Positions 52,875 to 64,000 of a stretch of 64,000 bases of DNA are shown here, piece by piece (the first letter of the stretch is position 1; every line of letters starts with the position of its first letter). The stretch comes from Eledone cirrhosa (Eukaryota), in assembly GCA_964016885.1 (NCBI GenBank), contig OZ024741.1, forward strand, positions 398,846,001 to 398,910,000. The letters run 5' to 3'. The notes below the pieces were generated by a model, which was not told where the DNA came from, made no database searches, and saw only the letters and a program-made list of their open reading frames with translations. The translations under genes and the position numbers were made by a program.

Positions 52875-55800
52875 TTACACTATATCATACACTATATCAT
52901 ACTCCATAACATACACTATATCATGCAATAAACCATACACTATATCATACACTATATCATACACTATATCATACACTATATCATACACTATATCATACAC
53001 TATACCATACTCTATATCATACACGATATCATATACTATATCATACACTACATCATACACTATACCATACACTATATCATACACTATATCATACAATATA
53101 TCATACACTATACCATTCACTATATCATACACCATATCATACTCTATATCATACAATATATCATACACTATATCATACACTATACAATACACTATATCAT
53201 ACACTATATCATACACTATACCATACACCATATCATATACTATATCATACACTATATTATACACTATATCGTACACTATACCATACTTTATACCATACAC
53301 TATATCATATATTATATCATAGACTAGACCATACTCTATATCATACACTAGACCATACACTATATCATACACTATATCATACACTATATCATACACTATA
53401 TCATACACTATATCATACACTATATCATACTCCATATCATACACTATATCATACACTAAACCATACACTATATCATACACTATATCATACACTATATCAT
53501 ACTCCATATCATACACTATATCATGCACTAAACGATACACTATATCATACACTATACCATACACTATATCATATACTATATCATACAATATATCATACAC
53601 TATATCATACACGATATCCTACTCTATATCATACACTATACCATATATTATATCATACACTATATCATACACTATATCATACGCTATATCATATACTATA
53701 TCATACACTATACCATACACTATATCATATACTATATCATACACTATATCATATACTATATCATACACGATATCATACACTATATCTTACACTATATAAT
53801 ACACTATGAAATACTCAATATCATACAACTAAGTCATACACTATATCATACACTATATCATATACTGTATCATATACTATATCATACACTATATCATATA
53901 CAGTATCATAATCTATATCATACTTTATATCATACACTATACCATACACTATATCATACACTATATCATACACTATATCATACACTATATCATACACTAT
54001 ATCATATACTATATCATACAATATATCATATACTATATCATACACTATACCATACTCTATAACATACACTATATAATATACTATATCATACATTATATCA
54101 TACACTATATCATACACTATACCATACACTATATCATACACTATATCATATACTATATCATACACTATATCATGCATTATATCATACACTATACCATACT
54201 CTATATCATACACTATATCATATACTATATCATACACTATATCATACACTATATCATACACTATACCATACTCTATATCATACAATATATCATATACTAT
54301 ATCATACACTATATCATACAATATACTATACACTATATCATACACTATACCATACTCTATATCATACATTATATAATATACTATATCATACACTATAACA
54401 TACACTATACCATACTCTATTTCATACACTATATCATACACTATATCATACACTATACCATACATTATATAATATACTATATCATACACTATATCATAAA
54501 CTATATCTTGCACTATATCATACACTATATCATACTCCATATCATAGACTATATCATGCAATAAACCATACATTATATCATACATTATATCATACACTAT
54601 ATCATACACTATATCATACACTATACCATACTCTATATCATACAGTATATCATATAATATATCATACACTACATCATACACTATACCATACACTATATCA
54701 TACACTATATCATACACTATATCATACACTATACCATTCACTATATCAAACACTATATCATACTCTATATCATACAATATATCATACACTATATCATACA
54801 CTATACAATACACTATATCATACACTATATCATACACTATACCATACACTATATCATATACTATATCATACACTATATCATACACTATATCATTTACTAT
54901 ATGATACACTATATCATACACTATATCCTACACTATACCATACTTTATACCATACACTATATCATATATTATATCATAGACTAGACCATACTCTATATCA
55001 TACACTATATCATACACTAAACCATACACTATATCATACACTATATCATACACTATATCATACACTATACCATATATAATATTATATACTATATGATACA
55101 CTATATCATACACTATATCTTACATTATATTATACACTATATTGTACTCCATATAATACACTATATCATACACTAAACCATACACTATATGATACAATAT
55201 ATCATACACTATATCATACACTATCCCATACTCTATATCATACACTATATCATATAGTATATCGTACACTATATCATACACTATATCATACACTATATCA
55301 TACACTATATTATATACGATATAATACACTATATTATATACTATATCATACACTATATGATACACTATATCATACAAAATATCCTACTCTATATCATACA
55401 CTATATCATACACTCAACCATACATTATATCATACACTATATCATACACTATATCATACACTATACCATATACTATATCATACACTATATCACAACACTA
55501 TATCATACACTATATCATATACTGTATCATATACTATATCATACAATATATCATATACAGTATCATACTCTATATCATACTTTATATCATAAACTATACC
55601 ATACACTATATCATACACTATATCATACACTATATCATACACTATATCATACACTATATCATACACTATACCATACTCTATTTCATACACTATATCATAC
55701 ACTATATCATACACTATACCATACACTATATCATATATCATATATGATATCATACACTATATCATACACTATATATTACACTATATCATACACTATATCA

Positions 55801-58800
55801 AACTCCATATCATACACTATATCATACAATAAACCATACACTATATCATACACTATATCATACACTATATCATACACTATATCATACATTAAATCATACA
55901 CTATAACATAATCTATATCATACACTATATCATATACTATATCATACACTACATCATACACTATACCATACAATATATCATACACTATATCATACACTAT
56001 ATCATACATTATATCACACACTATAACATACACTATATTATATACTATATCATACAATATATCATACACTATACCATTCACTATATATTACACTATACCA
56101 TATACTATATCATACTCTATATCATACATTATATCATACTCTATATCATACACTATATCATACACTATATCATACACTATACAATACACTATATCATACA
56201 CTATATCATACATTATACCATACACTAATTCATATACTATATCATAAACTATATCATACACTATATCATACACTATATCATATACTATATCATACACTAT
56301 ATCATACACTATATCATATATTATATCATACACTATATCATACACTATATCATACACTATATCATATATTATATCATAAACTATATCATACACTATATCA
56401 TATACTATATCATAAACTATATCATACACTATATCATACAATATACCATACTTTATATCATACACTATATCATATACTATATCATATATTATATCATACA
56501 CTATAACATACTCTATATTATACACTATATCATACAATATATCATATACTGTATCATATACTATATCATACTCTATATCATACACTCTATCATACACTCT
56601 ACCATACACTATATCCTACACTATAACATACACTATATCATACTCTATATCATACACTATATCAAACACTATAAACTATTTCATACACTATATCATACAC
56701 TATATAATACATTATACTATACTGTATATCATATACTATATCAATACTCTATATCATACACTATATCATACACTATATCATACACTATATCATACACTAT
56801 ATCAAATACTATATCATACACTATGTCATACACTATATCATATACTATATCATACACTGTATCATATACTATATCATATACTATATCATACACTATATCA
56901 TATACTATAGCATATACTATATCATACACTATCTCATATACTATATCATACATATATCATTTACTATATCATATACTATATCATATAATATATCATATAC
57001 TATATCATACACTATATCATACACTATATCATATAATATATCATGCACTGTATCATACACTATATCATACACTATATCATACACTACATCATATACTATA
57101 TCATACACTATATAATATAATATATCATATAATATATCATACACTATATCATACACTATATCATATACTATATCATACAATATATCATATACTATATCAT
57201 ACACTATACCATACTCTATATCATACACTATATCATATACTATATCATACATTATATCATACACTATATCATACACTATACCATACACTATATCATACAC
57301 TATATCACATACTATATCATACACTATATCATGCACTATATCATACACTCTACCATACTCTATATCATACACTATATCATATACTATATTTTACACTATA
57401 TCATGCACTATATCATACACTATACCATACACTATCTCATACACTATACCATACTCTATATCATACAATATATCATATACTATATCATACACTATATCAT
57501 ACAATATACTATACACTATATCATACACTATACCATACTCTATATCATACATTATATAATATACTATATCATACACTATAACATACACTATACCATACTC
57601 TATTTCATACACTATATCATACACTATATCATACACTATACCATACATTATATAATATATTATATCATACACTATATCATAAACTATATCTTACACTATA
57701 TCATACACTATTTCATACTCCATATCATACACTATATCATGCAATAAACCATACACTATATCATACACTAAATCATACACTATATCATACACTATATCAT
57801 ACACTATACCATACTCTATATCATACACTATATCATATACTATATCATACACTACATCATACACTATACCATACACTATATCATACACTATATCATACAA
57901 TATATCATACACTATACCATTCACTATATCATACACCATATCATACTCTATATCATACAATATATCATACACTATATCATACACTATACAATACACTATA
58001 TCATACACTATATCATACACTATACCATACACCATATCATATACTATATCATACACTATATTATACACTATATCCTACACTATACCATACTTTATACCAT
58101 ACACTATATCATATATTATATCATAGACTAGACCATACTCTATATCATACACTATATCATACACTAGACCATACACTATATCATACACTATATCATACAC
58201 TATATCATACACTATATCATACACTATATCATACACTATATCATACTCCATATCATACACTATATCATACACTAAACCATACACTATATCATACACTATA
58301 TCATACACTATATCATACTCCATATCATACACTATATCATGCACTAAACGATACACTATATCATACACTATACCATACACTATATCATATACTATATCAT
58401 ACAATATATCATACACTATATCATACACGATATCCTACTCTATATCATACACTATACCATATATTATATCATACACTATATCATACACTTTATCATATAC
58501 TATATCATACACTATATCATACACTATATCATACGCTATATCATGTACTATATCATACACTATACCATACACTATATCATATACTATATCATACACTATA
58601 TCATATACTATATCATACACGATATCATACACTATATCTTACACTATATAATACACTATGAAATACTCAATATCATACAACTAAGTCATACACTATATCA
58701 TACACTATATCATATACTGTATCATATACTATATCATACACTATATCATATACAGTATCATAATCTATATCATACTTTATATCATACACTATACCATACA

Positions 58801-61800
58801 CTATATCATACACTATATCATACACTATATCATACACTATATCATACACTATATCATATACTATATCATACAATATATCATATACTATATCATACACTAT
58901 ACCATACTCTATATCATACACTATATCATATACTATATCATACATTATATCATACACTATATCATACACTATACCATAGACTATATCATACACTATATCA
59001 TATACTATATCATACACTATATCATGCATTATATCATACACTATACCATACTCTATATCATACACTATATCATATACTATATCATACACTATATCATACA
59101 CTATATCATACACTATACCATACTCTATATCATACAATATATCATATACTATATCATACACTATATCATACAATATACTATACACTATATCATACACTAT
59201 ACCATACTCTATATCATACATTATATAATATACTATATCATACACTATAACATACACTATACCATACTCTATTTCATACAGTATATCATATAATATATCA
59301 TACACTACATCATACACTATACCATACACTATATCATACACTATATCATACACTATATCATACACTATACCATTCACTATATCAAAAACTATATCATACT
59401 CTATATCATACAATATATCATACACTATATCATACACTATACAATACACTATATCATACACTATATCATACACTATACCATACACTATATCATATACTAT
59501 ATCATACACTATATCATACACTATATCATTTACTATATGATACACTATATCATACACTATATCCTACACTATACCATACTTTATACCATACACTATATCA
59601 TATATTATATCATAGACTAGACCATACTCTATATCATACACTATATCATACACTAAACCATACACTATATCATACACTATATCATACACTATATCATACA
59701 CTATACCATATATAATATTATATACTATATGATACACTATATCATACACTATATCTTACATTATATTATACACTATATTGTACTCCATATCATACACTAT
59801 ATCATACACTAAACCATACACTATATGATACAATATATCATACACTATATCATACACTATCCCATACTCTATATCATACACTATATCATATAGTATATCG
59901 TACACTATATCATACACTATATGATACACTATATGATACATTATATCATATATTATATCATACACTATATTATATACGATATAATACACTATATTATATA
60001 CTATATCATACACTATATGATACACTATATCATACACAATATCCTACTCTATATCATACACTATATCATACACTCAACCATACATTATATCATACACTAT
60101 ATCATACACTATATCATACACTATACCATATACTATATCATACACTATATCACAACACTATATCATACACTATATCATATACTGTATCATATACTATATC
60201 ATACAATATATCATATACAGTATCATACTCTATATCATACTTTATATCATAAACTATACCATACACTATATCATACACTATATCATACACTATATCATAC
60301 ACTATATCATACACTATACCATACTCTATTTCATACACTATATCATACACTATATCATACACTATACCATACACTATATCATATATCATATATTATATCA
60401 TACACTATATCATACACTATATATTACACTATATCATACACTATATCAAACTCCATATCATACACTATATCATACAATAAACCATACACTATATCATACA
60501 CTATATCATACACTATATCATACACTATATCATACATTATATCATACACTATAACATAATCTATATCATACACTATATCATATACTATATCATACACTAC
60601 ATCATACACTATACCATACACTATATCATACACTATATCATACACTATATCATACATTATATCATACACTATAACATACACTATATTATATACTATATCA
60701 TACAATATATATTACACTATACCATTCACTATATCATACACTATACCATATACTATATCATACTCTATATCATACATTATATCATACTCTATATCATACA
60801 CTATATCATACACTATATCATACACTATACAATACACTATATCATACACTATATCATACATTATACCATACACTAATTCATATACTATATCATAAACTAT
60901 ATCATACACTATATCATACACTATATCATATACTATATCATACACTATATCATACACTATATCATATATTATATCATACACTATATCATACACTATATCA
61001 TACACTATATCATATATTATATCATAAACTATATCATACACTATATCATATACTATATCATAAACTATATCATACACTATATCATACAATATACCATACT
61101 TTATATCATACACTATATCATATACTATATCATATATTATATCATACACTATAACATACTCTATATTATACACTATATCATACAATATATCATATACTGT
61201 ATCATATACTATATCATACTCTATATCATACACTATATCATACACTCTACCATACACTATATCCTACACTATAACATACACTATATCATACTCTATATCA
61301 TACACTATATCAAACACTATAAACTATTTCATACACTATATCATACACTATATCATACATTATACTATACTGTATATCATATACTATATCATACTCTATA
61401 TCATACACTATATCATACACTATATCATACACTATATCATACTCTATATCAAATACTATATCATACACTATGTCATACACTATATCATATACTATATCAT
61501 ACACTGTATCATATACTATATCATATACTATATCATACACTATATCATATACTATAGCATATACTATATCATACACTATCTCATATACTATATCATACAT
61601 ATATCATTTACTATATCATATACTATATCATATAATATATCATATACTATATCATACACTATATCATACACTATATCATATAATATATCATGCACTGTAT
61701 CATACACTATATCATACACTATATCATACACTACATCATATATTATATCATACACTATATAATATAATATATCATATAATATATCATACACTATATCATA

Positions 61801-63400
61801 CACTATATCATATACTATATCATACAATATATCATATACTATATCATACACTATACCATACTCTATATCATACACTATATTATATACTATATCATACATT
61901 ATATCATACACTATATCATACACTATACCATACACTATATCATACACTATATCACATACTATATCATACACTATATCATGCACTATATCATACACTCTAC
62001 CATACTCTATATCATACACTATATCATATACTATATTTTACACTATATCATGCACTATATCATACACTATACCATACACTATCTCATACACTATACCATA
62101 CTCTATATCATACAATATATCATATACTATATCATACACTATATCATACAATATACTATACACTATATCATACACTATACCATACTCTATATCATACATT
62201 ATATAATATACTATATCATACACTATAACATACACTATACCATACTCTATTTCATACACTATATCATACACTATATCATACACTATACCATACATTATAT
62301 AATACATTATATCATACACTATATCATAAACTATATCTTACACTATATCATACACTATATCATACTCCATATCATACACTATATCATGCAATAAACCATA
62401 CACTATATCATACACTAAATCATACACTATATCATACACTATATCATACACTATACCATACTCTACATCATACACTATATCATATACTATATCATACACT
62501 ACATCATACAGTATACCATATACTATATCATACACTATATCATACAATATATTATACACTCTACCATTCACTATATCATACACTATATCATACTCTATAT
62601 CATACAATATATCATACACTATATCATACACTATACAATACACTATATCATACACTATATCATACACTATACCATACACTATATCATATACAATATCATA
62701 CACTATATCATACACTATATCATATACTAAATGATACACTATATCATACACTATATCCTACACTATACCATACTTTATACCATACACTATATCATATATT
62801 AAATCATAGACTAGACCATACTCTATATCATACACTATATCATACACTAAACCATACACTATATCATACACTATATGATACACTATATCATACACTATAT
62901 CGTACACTATATCATACACTATATCATACTCCATATCATACACTATATCATACACTAAACCATACACTATATGATACACTATATCATACACTATATAATA
63001 CTCCATATCATACACTATATCATACACTAAACCATACACTATATCATACACTATACCATACACTATATCATATATTATATCATACAATATATCATACACT
63101 ATATCATACACGATATCCTACTCTATATCATACACTATATCATACACTTTATCATATGCTATATCATACACTATACCATACACTATATCATATACTATAT
63201 CATACAATATATCATATACTATATCATACACTATACCATATACTATACCATACACTATATCATACTCTATATCGTACTCTATATCATACACTATATCATA
63301 CACTATACCACACACTATATCATATACTATATCATACACGATATCATACACTATATCTTACACTATATAATACACTATGTAATACTCAATATCATACAAC
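52875..63400. repeat. Higher-order repeat with a ~4.6-4.85-kb unit, more indel-diverged (about 2.2 copies)
   Basis: Offsets are 4816 (52875->57691), 4852 (53821->58673), 4636 (54928->59564), 4647 (56823->61470) and 4683 (58075->62758, 58435->63118). Confidence 0.82.
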
Positions 63401-64000
63401 CATATCATACACTATATCATACGCTATATCATATACAGTAACATAATCTATATCATACTCTATATCATACACTATACCATACACTATATCATACACTATA
63501 TCATACACTATACCATACACTAGATCATATAATATATCATACAATATATCATACACTATATCATACACGATATCCTACTCTATATCATACACTATACCAT
63601 ACTTTATATCATACAATATACCATACACTATATCATACACTATATCATACACTATATCATACACTATATCATACACTATATCATATACTATATCATAGAC
63701 TATATCATACTCTATATCATACACTATATCATAGACTATATACTATTTCATACACTATATCATACATTATACTATACTCTATGTCATATACTATATCATA
63801 CTCTATATCATACACTATATCATACACGATATCATACACTATATCATACACTATACCATACTCTATATCATACAGTATAACATACACTATACCATAGTCT
63901 ATATGATACACTATATCATACACTATATCATACATTATATCATACACTATAACATACACTATACCATACTTTATATCATACATGATATCAAATACTATAT

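Larger units (their letters stand above)
5944..64000. repeat. 12-bp tandem satellite, consensus CTATATCATACA (common variant CTATATCATATA); ~58 kb in the window, roughly 4800 monomers by length, continues past the right edge
   Basis: Uninterrupted 12-nt periodicity starts abruptly at 5944 (GCC|CTATATCATATA). I saw only point variants and rare small indels, and no unique-sequence insertion. The + strand is nearly devoid of G. Confidence 0.99.

Noticed and set aside
5888-63983. Long ORFs encoding (YDIV)n, (YHTL)n, (IIHY)n and (SYTI)n, up to 716 aa
   Set aside because: A 12-bp monomer is a multiple of 3 and stop-free in four of six frames, so overlapping ORFs arise on both strands automatically. 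They start and stop at random point variants, shift frame at indels and have no unique domains.

Overview
This window is almost entirely non-coding eukaryotic satellite DNA, and I find no credible protein-coding gene. It has three parts. (1) Positions 1-~4600 are a 19-bp tandem satellite (consensus TAGCTATAAAACCTACCCT) with a conserved core, a few variant classes and internal block duplications; it decays at its right edge. (2) Positions ~4603-5943 are a 1.3-kb spacer packed with tRNA-derived SINE copies: a nested SINE-in-SINE with two exact target-site duplications, a 92-bp internal duplication, an older diverged copy and a minus-strand tRNA-like head. From memory (not database-verified) these resemble octopus/cephalopod SINE families. 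(3) Positions 5944-64000 and beyond are a G-free 12-bp satellite (CTATATCATACA) built from hierarchical multi-kb duplications (offsets ~3.85, 4.25-4.29, 4.6-4.85, 8.87 and 9.56-9.76 kb). All long ORFs in the track (YDIV, YHTL, IIHY and SYTI repeats) are artefacts of a 12-mer that is stop-free in four of six frames. I do not see a novel gene system. The most interesting signals are structural: a possible (TA)n origin and quasi-palindromy of the 12-mer, a readable duplication history of the array, and a B-box-dense SINE island at the boundary between the two satellites.
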